DNA from: Octopus bimaculoides
Lineage: Eukaryota
DNA: 47,976 bases
Assembly: GCF_001194135.2 (NCBI RefSeq)
Contig: NC_068981.1
Location: 102,928,219 to 102,976,194, forward strand
Direction of reading: 5' to 3'
The notes under the pieces are model-generated. The model ran no database searches. It was not told the DNA's origin and saw only the letters and a program-made list of their open reading frames with translations. Made by a program: the position numbers and the translations under genes. Below are positions 12,403 to 25,014 of this stretch, piece after piece (the stretch's first letter is position 1; every line of letters begins with the position of its first letter).

Positions 12403-12420
12403 TCATATACATATGTGTGT
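9980..12420. repeat. Large mosaic of degenerate (TG/TA/ATGT/ATCT/CA) simple repeats including an N gap (11421-11587)
   Basis: Direct reading. All the Y/I/C/V/H/T-rich ORFs here are repeat artefacts. Confidence 0.9.
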
Positions 12421-13279
12421 GTATACCGTGGATATAAGAATTATGCTGTAATGTAGAGAGACTTAAGTCGACGAAATAAATAACATAAAAAACTCATGCG
12501 AGAAACCCCAATACATTCACACTTGTAGATATGTATACAGATATACTTCTCTCTTTCTCTCTCTTACATGTATGTATATATATATATATATAATCAATCG
12601 TAATACAAGTAGATGGAATGAACAGGCTTTAATCGAAATCACTACAATTGTTTCAATGCATTAGTATCAACTGGTAACTGCCGAATGTTTCACGTATTGT
12701 ATACTATTCTCGCATTAATATGATACAACAATAGCGGTGTACCTTCACATCTTCAGGTGTGTGGGTTCGAGACCACTACTAGATACACTCTCACTTCCCA
12801 TTCTTGTTTTATGATAGCACATCATAGCCGATACCTGTGTAGGAGCACGCTATCTGGTTCTAACTAGTAGTGGGGCTCTAGTATGGGAATTCCAGTGTTT
12901 GAGGAATGAGTAATCACGTCTTAGCTGAAATACAAATATACTCTAACTCGAATTAGTAGCGCCTTTTAGAGTTAACTAGCATATGAACCACTGTTAAAGA
13001 AAGACCACTGATTCTCGTTAGAACTTCTTTCTAGAAGGTGAACTCGTATAAAAGAAGCTGAAGTGTGGATGAATTCTTTTTGTTTCAACCTTTGTTGTTC
13101 CTCGCGTTCTGTAGCTGATTGCGCTGAAAAGTAGGTTCGGTGTAGTGCAACGCTTTATTCACTCGAAACAAATTCATGCATGCGAACTTCTTGGACTCTA
13201 GGAATGTTTATATAGACTTACTCGGTTATGAGTTGATTTCTAGCATTTATAGTTCCACCATGGGTAGACTTCTACTATG

Positions 13280-13505
13280 TAAGTATGTATGTATGTATGT
13301 ATGCATGTATGTATGTATGTATGTATATATGTAGGCATGTATGTAGGTATGTATGTATTTATGTATCTATGTATGTATGTATGCATGGATGCGTGCATAT
13401 ATGTATGCATGCATGCATGTATGAATGTATGTATGCATGCTTACATGTATGTATGTATGTATGTATGTATGTACGTATGTATGTATGTATGCATGTATAT
13501 ATGTA
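13280..13505. repeat. (ATGT)n microsatellite
   Basis: Direct reading. Confidence 0.95.
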
Positions 13506-14604
13506 TGAAGAGCTGTTTTCCTGGGGTTATAACAACAGTAACATCGTCTTATATAGGACTACCACATTCTGTTGGCATATAAACATTACTACCCGGTANN
13601 NNNNNNNNNNNNNNNNNNNNNNNNNNNNNNNNNNNNNNNNNNNNNNNNNNNNNNNNNNNNNNNNNNNNNNNNNNNNNNNNNNNNNNNNNNNNNNNNNNNN
13701 NNNNNNNNNNNNNNNNNNNNNNNNNNNNNNNNNNNNNNNNNNNNNNNNNNNNNNNNNNNNNNNNNNNNNNNNNNNNNNNNNNNNNNNNNNNNNNNNNNNN
13801 NNNNNNNNNNNNNNNNNNNNNNNNNNNNNNNNNNNNNNNNNNNNNNNNNNNNNNNNNNNNNNNNNNNNNNNNNNNNNNNNNNNNNNNNNNNNNNNNNNNN
13901 NNNNNNNNNNNNNNNNNNNNNNNNNNNNNNNNNNNNNNNNNNNNNNNNNNNNNNNNNNNNNNNNNNNNNNNNNNNNNNNNNNNNNNNNNNNNNNNNNNNN
14001 NNNNNNNNNNNNNNNNNNNNNNNNNNNNNNNNNNNNNNNNNNNNNNNNNNNNNNNNNNNNNNNNNNNNNNNNNNNNNNNNNNNNNNNNNNNNNNNNNNNN
14101 NNNNNNNNNNNNNNNNNNNNNNNNNNNNNNNNNNNNNNNNNNNNNNNNNNNNNNNNNNNNNNNNNNNNNNNNNNNNNNNNNNNNNNNNNNNNNNNNNNNN
14201 NNNNNNNNNNNNNNNNNNNNNNNNNNNNNNNNNNNNNNNNNNNNNNNNNNNNNNNNNNNNNNNNNNNNNNNNNNNNNNNNNNNNNNNNNNNNNNNNNNNN
14301 NNNNNNNNNNNNNNNNNNNNNNNNNNNNNNNNNNNNNNNNNNNNNNNNNNNNNNNNNNNNNNNNNNNNNNNNNNNNNNNNNNNNNNNNNNNNNNNNNNNN
14401 NNNNNNNNNNNNNNAGTTAAATTTTATGCATTTATTAAGTATAATATACATATATATATATCAACGTATCAACCGACATTTATGTTGCATTATGTTTATG
14501 ATTGAGATGATTGTGAGAAATCTGCATGACTTTTACTCACACACGTATACACACGCACACGCACGAACACACACTCAACCACTCGAAATGCATATACGTA
14601 CACA

Positions 14605-14734
14605 TAATTTATCGACCCCGAAAGGATGAAAGGCAAAGTCGGCCTCGGCGGAATTTGAACTCAGAACGTAGACAGACGAAATACCGACAAGCATTTCGCC
14701 CGGTGTGCCAACGTTCCTGCCACCTCGCCGCCTT
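14605..14734 (-). mobile_element. Family A SINE, head and core only
   Basis: taatttatcgaccccgaaaggatgaaaggcaaagtc...gaatttgaactcagaacgta...cctcgccgcctt matches the other family A copies. Confidence 0.9.
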
Positions 14735-15124
14735 GCATACAATATAATATTATTGGAGCAGTTTACACATTCTGTCCTTAAAAATAAGATGGAAAATAAA
14801 GAAAGAGTAATGAAAATTATATAAAGTCTAATGCACTTTAGTAGGTAGGAATGGCCGAATTTTTAAGCTACGGAAATTGCACTGAGGCTATCAATTCATA
14901 GGGTCCGAATGTATCAAGTGTAGGAAGGCAAGCTGACAAATCTATCTCAGGGACTGCCAAAAATAATACAAAATATGCGAAATAATTGAATTAGTGTCAT
15001 GTATTATTAATAGCACATCCTGACTTACACACGCCGGAGGGCATTAAATGGGTATACATACTTTCATATATACATAAATACGTACATAATACTTACATAA
15101 GCACAGACATATGTTAGTGTATCT

Positions 15125-15165
<41 letters not shown>

Positions 15166-15194
15166 CATGCATACACACACACTTACATACATGC

Positions 15195-17905
15195 ATACAT
15201 ACATTTTAAAATTACAATTCGTAAAACAAGTCGCTATTCTCTCGAAGCTTTCGTTGAGCAACAGATCATTCCTAACAAAAGTGAGAAAAAATCCGTCCGA
15301 TCTAATGTTTAAAGTTATCAACGATGTCACTAGAGAACACATACAATCATGTGAGGTCAATTACAGGAATATAAATACTCTTGTATATACACAGTCGCTA
15401 TAACTCTTAAAGAACACCTAGGAGAAATCTACAGTGAACAAAGTAACGAAATTATTAAATGGAAACAACCTAAATGGAAAACAAAATTTGAAGAATGGTT
15501 AACTACAACAAAATGTAAGGAGCAAAATGAGTTTACACCTCACGAACTCTACCATAGACAAAAATTAATGAAACTGGCAACTCTTCACAACGAGCTCTTG
15601 AGGGAAAACTAATCACTTTAAAACAGGAACTCAGGAGGATGAGCGAAAAACTCCGCTATCGCATGCAAAGTTTTGAACGAGCCAGTATCAATCGCAAGTT
15701 TGCTTCCAACCCACAAGCATTATAGAGAGAGATGAGGAAGGAAAACGTTACCATTAAGGAAGCTCCCTCTCAAGAAGATCTTCAATCATTCTGGTCAAAA
15801 ATTTGGAACGATAAAAGGGATTTCAACATGAATGCAGCATGGTTAAATACAATTGAGAGAGAATACTGTAAAAAAAAAAGCATACAAAATTGATGCAGAA
15901 ACCTTCGCTGTAGTAGGAGGCAAACTGCCTACTACTATAGGAAGGCACCTGGAAAGGACCTAATAGTTGGATATTGGTACAAGAAACTGACATTTTATAG
16001 AAACCAGTTGATATATATGTTCAAAAGGACTATGAAAGGTCACACTGATATACCAAATTGGATTGCTATATCAAGGATAAATCTTGTTGCCAAAAATGAA
16101 ATCACCGTGATGGCAGGAAACTACAGGCCCATTGCTTGCCTAAACATTATGTACAAACTGTACACAAGTTGCCGCAACTAATTCCTTCAGGACCATTGTG
16201 AGTCGAACAACATTGTGACTGATGAAGAGGCTGGTGGAAAGAAGGGAGTGTTGGGATGTGCCGAACAACTTTTAATAAACAAAGCTGTACTGTTTGAAGT
16301 AAGAAAACAGCGTAGAAACCTTGTGACAGTATGGTTTGATTATAAGAAGGCATTCGATTCTATCCCTCATTCATGGCTGTTGAAGTGCCTACATCTGGCA
16401 AAGTACCCACTACCTTAATTGCTGCTATACAGAGACTCATAAAGACATGGACAACAATTCTCACCCTTCCAACTGAGAGCAAAATAATTGTTTCAGATAC
16501 GAAAGGCATTTCAAAGGGAATATTCCAGGGAAATAGTCTTTCTGTACTTCTTTTCATTTTGGCACTGAATCCGTTATCGTTCCTACTGCAGAAAACAAAC
16601 GGTTACGTTCTAGGATCTTCAACTGCTAGAAATATCAATGCAACTCATAATTTCCTTGTAGACGACCTCAAGATTTATGCTAAAAGTGTTTGCAATGCCA
16701 AAAAGCAACTGGAATTAAAAACAACATTTTCAGCTAATATAGGCATAGAATTTGGCCAAAATTGTTCATATTTGGTTATAGAACGAGGAAATTCAACCCC
16801 CAAACCCCAAACCTGTGCATCAACGGTCACTTTATCTTCCCCATTCCACACAAAGGCATAGATGAAAATGTATCATATGAAGGCACATTTTTGGCAACAA
16901 GATTTGTCCTTGATATAGCAATCCAATTTGGTATATCAGTGTGACCTTTCATAGTCCTTTTGAACATATATATCAACTGGTCTCTATAAAATGTCAGCTT
17001 CTTGTACTCTATAAAGATAGAGTGACCCGAAAATATTACACCAGACTTAGGAAAATATGGCAGTCGGAACTCTCCTCATACAACAAAACAATATCCCACA
17101 ATGAATTTGCAGTACCAGTGCTGATCCCAACATTTGGGATACTTGTTTGGTCTGTAGAGGAAATCCACTCCATAGATATCAAAACCTGCAATATCCTGAC
17201 ATCAACTTGGAAGTTCCACAGAAACAGTGATGTGCACAGGTCCTACTTGAGAAGAAATGAAGGTGGTAGGGGCCTGAGATCAGTGCAGACGACCTTCGAA
17301 TGCCGTATGCTATCACTCAGGCAGCACCTGTTGAACAACAACAGCAAAAATAAATATATAAATGCAGTGCTGGAAAGTGAACTGAGAAACATCGTATGAG
17401 TTGGCAGTGAGCTCCTCAAGAATCACTCTCTTCCTGATGATCTATACAGCCCCAAATCAGCTGGGCTCTCTTACCCCATACAAAACCTGGATGGAAAGCA
17501 CTCAGCATACAAAAACAAGATTATATGTGGGTATGTTGCCCGGAAGCTTCAAGAAGACAGTAGAATTGACACGAAGTGTAGCCTCTCTTGGACACAAGGC
17601 CACTACATCACATCACACTTTGAAGGCTATGCGTTTGCAATCCAGGAACAGGAGATTGCAACAAAGTACATATGAAGAAGAGAGACAGTGTCACTCTTGT
17701 AATCCCAAANNNNNNNNNNAACAAAGTACATATGAAGAAGAGAGACAGTGTCACTCTTGTAATCCCAAAGTGCAACCGCATGTGTAGGCTATGTCATGTT
17801 TCTGTGGAAGACATCATGCATGTGATTAGCAGCTGTCCTAAAATGTCGTCAGGGTACTACCTCTCTATGCGGCACGATGTTGTTGCTAAAACAATTTACA
17901 ACGCA
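15195..17905 (+). mobile_element. R4/Dong-like LINE with decayed reverse transcriptase and CCHC finger, 3'-truncated before the RLE
   Basis: NYRPIACLNIMYKLYT, DYKKAFDSIPHSW, GIFQGNSLSVLLF, HNFLVDDLKIY (RT catalytic motif), RSYLRRNEGGRGL, EGYAFAIQEQEI, CRLCHVSVEDIMHVISSC, RHDVVAK. Contains stops and frameshifts. Confidence 0.92.
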
Positions 17906-18009
17906 CACACGCACACACATATATATATATATCGGTATGTGTGTGTGTGAGTGTGTCTGTGTGTCTTTTGTCTGCCTATGTCCCCCATCGTCACCTGACA
18001 AGTGATGTG

Positions 18010-18074
<65 letters not shown>

Positions 18075-19080
18075 CTATATATATTTGTATATATATTTAT
18101 ATATAGATACATAGATATACACACACACACATATATGTACATATATACACATACATATATTTATGCTATATGTACATGCGTGTGTAAAACACTAAATCAC
18201 CTACAGTCATCATGTCTACCATACCACCATACCACCATACCACCGATATTGTAATCTGGTGATTTATATACCCATTTTTTCTTATGTCTTTTTCTTTATT
18301 TTTGGTTTGTTCTGTAGCTCCAAGTTCTGATTCTGTGGACGTTAGTTATGTCTAATATATTTAGGCAGGATATGAACTAAGCGTTTATGATGGAAGTTAT
18401 TACTTTAATTCATGTCATTGTACTTCGGAAATGGATACCAGAATGCAGCTGAAAATATTCACTTCCGTCTGAATTGCTAAATTACTTAAATGAGTAAGTG
18501 AGAAAGGCCGAGAGAAGAACGAATGTGTCCGCATATGCGTGTATCTGTGTTAGTGCGTGTGTTTGTGTGTGCATATGTTTGTATGTGTGTGTTTGTGTGT
18601 GTGTGTGTGTGTATGTGTGTGTGCGTGTGTGTGTAAAGGAAAGCAATAGAAGTTGAAGGAGAAAGAGAAAAGAGAGATATATAATGAGATGTAAGGAGAT
18701 ATTCATTAATGTACCATAGCAATTAGGATAGCCATGTTGTATAAAATATGTAGTTATGTCGAACTACTAACCTACTAAGCTATTCTACTGTATTTTGTAC
18801 GACCTCTGAAATAACACACATATACATAATTATAAATGTGTGTATGTATGTATATGTCTCTTTTTCATAAGATCTATAATTGGGTAGAAATATATTAAAG
18901 ACAAAAGGAAAGTAGAGTGCGGTGGAACAAATAGAGAACAGGAGAGACACTGTGTAAAAGAATATATAGATAAGATAGGAGTGCCTCGACCAGAAAATCT
19001 GAACCCTTTGTAGCTCAGTGCCTCCTCCCATATAGTTTGCAATATATATATATATATATAAAGTTTCACCCCTTGACTTT

Positions 19081-19121
<41 letters not shown>

Positions 19122-19230
19122 TTTCTNNNNNNNNNNNNNNNNNNNNNNNNNNNNNNNNNNNNNNNNNNNNNNNNNNNNNNNNNNNNNNNNNNNNNNNNNN
19201 NNNNNNNNNNNNNNNNNNNNNNNNNNNNNN

Positions 19231-19273
<43 letters not shown>

Positions 19274-20372
19274 GTCTGAAACAGCTGTAGTGTGCCTTAT
19301 CCTATTTGTTTTATATATACCACCAACTTATTTTGAGAAGCTAATTTTGAGCGATAGTTTATTATCCATGTTGTGATATACCTTCCCATCCCTTTCAGCA
19401 TATGTCTTTTTGTATATATTTGCGTAAATTTATATAAAAAAATTTTTGAGGAGTCAAGGGCTTGGTGTAACGAAATTATATTCTCGGTGCATCGTTAGTT
19501 TGTTTCTGCTCAATGATAACGTCATGTCCTACTTATGTTCTAATCTCACGAAAATCTTTCAAAAATGTGTTTAAAATATAAATATCGTACTTTTTCTGAG
19601 AAAAATCACAATCTTTCAAATCTTTCTAAACAGCCAGGTTTCCCGAAGTGTTCCCTTGATATCAGCCATCTTTTTGTGAGCTCAAAAGAGAGGCAACACT
19701 ATGATTGAGATATTTCCAATCAATTTTATGCAATGTTTTTCAATCTTTACATTCCACAGTATTTTATTTTAAACATTATTTGTGCAGCTATAATGCATAT
19801 TCGAAGTTATAACTTTATAACATTATATGATTTAAATTCAATTGTGTTTTGTTACAGTAAAGTTTAGGATGTAAAAGATACAAAACAGGAGCAAAGGAAT
19901 GCAACTGAGAGTGACATGAAATCAATTCTTTTGTATTTACTGTACACGTTACGGAAATAGTTATCTAAGCTCATATTTTTCTTGTATCACAAATTAAATT
20001 AAATAAGTAAATAAGAAATATTCTTAAGCTTTATAATTACCGGATATAATGTAAGAGTTTCCTGCATTATAACGTCACTTTAATTTCCAGAGTGAGTAAG
20101 AACACTGACGAATATGAAGTGTGCGTTAAGTTTTGTTAATGTCCTGTAATTCTCAAATATCTCAAGCTCCGTGAATGTGTTGTATGTGTAAAGCAAATGT
20201 ACCCACTTACCCAGTTAGATGGCAAGATAATGAATACTTAGAACCACATTAGATTTAAGCTTCAGTTGTAACATTCTATCACTGGATCGTTGTCTTCTAT
20301 ACATTCATGTATAAATATATGCATACATATGTAAATATGTTGATACATACGTATATATTAAAATATATTTAT

Positions 20373-20413
<41 letters not shown>

Positions 20414-21153
20414 GTGTGTGTAAATGTGTGCGTATATGCAAATTATGTGGGCATAAAATGTGTGTATCTATGCTTGCAATGTACCGGATCAATTAGTGAT
20501 ACGGTTAATATGTCTATTTTTCATTCATTCTTACACACACACACGCACCTATATATATATATACACACACACATATATATTCATTGTATTTATGTGTGTA
20601 TATATATATATGTATGTATTATAAAAATACATATAAGGATATCATTGTTTACAATAATATCAAGTGGTATAGCATGCATAAAAAAAAAACATGAGATAAA
20701 AAATTATTAATTAATAATTATCAATTAATAATTTTTTTATCTTATGGTACTTTTTATAAATACCACATACATTTTTTGGCTAATTTCTGGAAGTACATGG
20801 GCATTTTTGTATTTGCTGGCGATAAGAAAGACCGTACATGGCTTTTCCGCTTATGATAGCTGGCCTTGCCAATTATTTTATTTTGCTAAATATAGCTTGA
20901 AACCGTTGGTTCGGAAAATAGATGGTAAATGTTTTTATTTTTCATTCCCTTTCGAAATTATCCCTAATTGTGGTGTAGAGTTTTGACTGCTCCTTCTAGC
21001 GGGTTAGATGTCCTATTATAGACATCTCTGATGTGTTTAAATGTACACTGTATTTAAATGAATAATATATAATCTATTGACTAATTTTTTCTTCTAGCTA
21101 GACCACTGATAGCAAATAGAATTTCCAAAATTTTTTTCCTACCCACAGATTTA

Positions 21154-21199
<46 letters not shown>

Positions 21200-21543
21200 C
21201 ATTGATATACACATGCATACACACTTCTGCCATGTAACCACACACGTGCTTTTCTTGGACTATTCTTTTCCTTCTCTCCGGACCTCCTTTCCTATTTCTG
21301 ACGAAGCGTCATGCACAAAATGTCACACAGTCCAACTTTTTTCCATCTTAAACTGAGCGTCCCTTTGATTTCGTTGTTTTTATTTTTATTTTCGATTTGC
21401 CTATAAATATACGCATGCATACATACGTATATGTATATATAAGTCCGTATAAGCATATAATATATGCATATATACGTAAATGTATGTGTGTGTGGGTGGG
21501 GTGGGGATGAGTGTGTGTGTGTGTGTGCGTACGTATGTATATA

Positions 21544-21751
21544 CGAGGAGGTTCTGAAAAGTTCCTGGTTTTAAGGGTATCGCTGTAGGCCTAGTTGGCG
21601 GGCCAAACCTCCGATTTCTTATACAGGTCTTAGAAAAACTCAAGGGCATAAGTGAGTGAATCTGAGAGGAGAACATGTTGCATAAAGTCATAATTAACTG
21701 ATCCTCCCGTAAATTCTTTTACACAAAGCTAGGAACTTTTCAGCATCCCTC
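21544..21751. mobile_element. Mariner/Tc1-type MITE (about 210 bp)
   Basis: Left end (ta)cgaggaggttctgaaaagttcctggttt and right end aaagctaggaacttttcagcatccctc form imperfect TIRs of about 28 bp. TA is present at the left end; the right terminus is decayed. No ORF. Confidence 0.7.
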
Positions 21752-22056
21752 AAAACAAAAGACTGGAAAAATTCGGTATATTTTTAATTCCGTGTTACAC
21801 ATGTTTCATCACAGGATAGGAGTTACAAAAACATACATGCTGGTAACAATAATAGATATTATTTGTTAATCTTTGCCTAGAGAATTACGGACAGGAGAAA
21901 CTCGTATCATGTAATTCGTATACGTGTAACGTGGAATTACAAATATACTAAATATTTTCAGTCTTTTGTTTTGGTATGTAATTACTCTGCAAATGGAATT
22001 CACCAGAAATTTCAAATTTGCCTCATTTAAAACAAACATCTAACATTTGATTACCG

Positions 22057-22121
<65 letters not shown>

Positions 22122-22761
22122 CGTGCATGCATNNNNNNNNNNTCTATCTATCTATCTATCCGTGCATGCATGCATGCATGCATCCATCCATATGTACATA
22201 CATACATACATACATACATACACACATATAATGAACCACAATAAACTTGTGATATAGGTAGAAATAATACTCAAATGTTCAGCTGTCTTTTTTTTGCCAC
22301 AAAAAGAAAGAAGAAAGGGGTGGAAGGGGGTTAACATTCATGCATTGGATTCTCTTTAAGATGAAAATTAGCAAAAATCTATATATTTGGTAAGGGGAAG
22401 GACAAAGACTTTTGAGTTGTCCAGAGGAAATGAATATGAAGCTATTCGTTCCATCAGGAGTATACAAAAATTGTTCTATAAAAATATTTAAAAAATCTAT
22501 GTCATATGTTTGCAATGCATCAGGTATGTTAACAGGGAATAGTACTAATGATCCAAGGTAGGACGAGTGAAGGATAGGGTAAGATGCTAGCACATTATGT
22601 CAGGTTTAGAGCTGCTGTCTATAATGAATTATTAAGAAGGATTATCTGCAATAGCCTCGGCCATGTCTTCAGTAGCAGTGCACAGCCAAATTTATGAGCA
22701 ACACTGCTAAATTAAAGAGAAAGTAACATGTGATGTGTAGTCATGTAACTGTCCTATGTGA

Positions 22762-23678
22762 TCAAGGAGAGGATGATGTTGATGTGACTTCTTCTGGGGA
22801 TCTGTCAGGAGTGTACGATAACGACATTAATGCATCGGTTGACACTTCTTTCTTATCACTTTGTGAAGGGGTTAATAATATAGCTGATGAACAGGATCTG
22901 TATCATATTACATTGTTGATTTCAGTTCAGCTTCTCTCAAATGTGCCTTTTCCCAGAAATCTAGATCAACAGCATGTGTTTGAGCATTGTGACTATCATC
23001 AATATGCACCGTTGAAATAAACTTCAGTTCTACTGGACATGCTTCGCGAAGTATAATAGCATAGGGGTTCATCCACTGTATGTAAGGAATCAAATCAGCC
23101 GTGGATAATCCTGACACTGCTAATGCGACAGACTTGGAAGCCATATGATACAAAGCTGAGGACGCTATATCATTGCTTTTAAAGCGCAGACAAGAAATGT
23201 CTAACGTACACAAATCTATTAAGCGAGTTACATTTGAGGAATATTGTGAGAAGACAAAACCATCTTCAGCTATTTTACCAGCATTAACAAGCTGAAGGTA
23301 GATATTTAACCAAGCAGTCACTGTCATTGGAGACAAATCCCAGCTCAAGTACCTTTAGCATAACTAGTTCTTGGTTGAAAATCTCTGCATCATAACAAGC
23401 ACCATCACTGACATAAGCAAAATCGGAGAGTTTTGGAGGATAAACTTCCTCCAACTTGACTGCAATAAACAGTGAAGTGATTCCTATAAATTGAAGTTGC
23501 TGTTTAATCACTCACTTTTCATTTGACAAATAACGATCTGTAAAATCGAGTGATAAATAGTAGGTCTTTCGATGTAACTTATATAAGCCAATTTAATAAA
23601 ATTGCCCTCATCTTATACCGTAAAAAGGGATGCCGATCCAATATACGTAGATCTTCAGTATAATTGTGTTCTTTTTCC

Positions 23679-23680
<2 letters not shown>
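22762..23680 (-). pseudogene. CCNE: Cyclin E processed pseudogene (5'-truncated, intronless, disabled)
   Basis: HPFLRYKMRAILLNWL / YKLHRKTYYLSLDFTDRY / [35 protein letters not shown] / [17 protein letters not shown] / LIDLCTLDISCLRF / IQWMNPYAIILRE / DSHNAQTH / ILLTPSQSDKK are colinear with metazoan cyclin E. Lesions: frameshifting deletion at about 23584, TGA at 23512-23514, +1 base at about 23346, TAA at 22908-22910. Confidence 0.93.
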
Positions 23681-23757
<77 letters not shown>

Positions 23758-24090
23758 NNNNNNNNNNNNNNNNNNNNNNNNNNNNNNNNNNNNNNNNNNN
23801 NNNNNNNNNNNNNNNNNNNNNNNNNNNNNNNNNNNNNNNNNNNNNNNNNNNNNNNNNNNNNNNNNNNNNNNNNNNNNNNNNNNNNNNNNNNNNNNNNNNN
23901 NNNNNNNNNNNNNNNNNNNNNNNNNNNNNNNNNNNNNNNNNNNNNNNNNNNNNNNNNNNNNNNNNNNNNNNNNNNNNNNNNNNNNNNNNNNNNNNNNNNN
24001 NNNNNNNNNNNNNNNNNNNNNNNNNNNNNNNNNNNNNNNNNNNNNNNNNNNNNNNNNNNNNNNNNNNNNNNNNNNNNNNNNNNNNNNNNN

Positions 24091-24143
<53 letters not shown>

Positions 24144-24250
24144 AGCACACCGAACTCTAAGACCAGTCAAAAACCACCACACACATACACAAGCATATAT
24201 ACAAACACATAGAACCGTGCTCACCCATACACACAGACACAAACACACGT
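23681..24250. repeat. (CA)n microsatellite with an N gap (23758-24090)
   Basis: Direct reading. Confidence 0.95.
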
Positions 24251-24269
24251 ACCAGATAATACAATGATT

Positions 24270-24940
24270 TAAAGTACTAATGACTTACAGGACTGAGAAG
24301 TAATCATGTCATATGATGCGTCTTTCATTAACCACATCACTAAACTGACCTCTAAATGCAGACATCTCATAGGCTGGATCCTATGAAACTTTGTGATAAG
24401 AGAACGGCAGTTATGTTGACACTATGGAAAATCTTAGGCCTGAGCAAATTAGATTACTACTTCCAGTTTTGGTCGCCAAATTCATCCTATCTCATATTAG
24501 AGACTGAAGGATTACAAAGAACATTCACCAGTAAAATGACTTCAGTTAAAAACCTTAATTACTAGGAACATCTGAAAGCTCTGCATCACTACTCTCTGGA
24601 ATACTGAAGCGGGAGATAGACTATCATATACGTATGGGAAATCCTGGAGAGGTTGGCATAAGAGAGAATTTTAACACACGGACTGGTAGATACTGTCCGT
24701 TAGCTTCGTAATATACCACCTTCTAAATTACGAGCAAAAACACACAATTGTACCAGTCCGATATTTAGAGGTCCTCAATTGTCCAATTGCCTACATAAGA
24801 AGACAGAAATATAATAAGTACTTCTACTGAAACATTCAGAAAAATGTTGGATAAACTCCTGATGACGAAGCCGGACCAGCCAACCATTCAAGGGTGCACT
24901 CAGCTACAATTCAACCATAGACCAATTTTCAACCATAAAG
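24270..24940 (+). mobile_element. CR1-clade LINE 3' fragment, degenerate
   Basis: ASFINHITKLTSKCRHLIGWIL, VMLTLWKILGLSKLDYYFQFWSP, EGLQRTFTSKMTSVKNLNY*EHLKAL, FRGPQL, FRKMLDKLLMTKPDQP match the CR1/L2-type ORF2 end. Confidence 0.85.
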
Positions 24941-25014
24941 CAACAACAAAACCGAAAGAAAATAAATTACGGCGGTGCTCCACTAAAAGAAAGAAAGAAC
25001 AAAAAGAAAAGAAT

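Noticed and set aside
12640-12745. Minus-strand CTGAAGA...GAAAC hammerhead candidate
   Set aside because: Stems I and II do not pair convincingly. The flanking 12750-13260 region is unidentified.
18318-18340. 23-nt micro-exon after a polypyrimidine tract
   Set aside because: The donor (gttagt) is weak and there is no supporting context.
22762-23680. Cyclin E copy rescued by A-to-I editing of its stop codons
   Set aside because: Editing could recode TGA or TAA but cannot repair the frameshifts.
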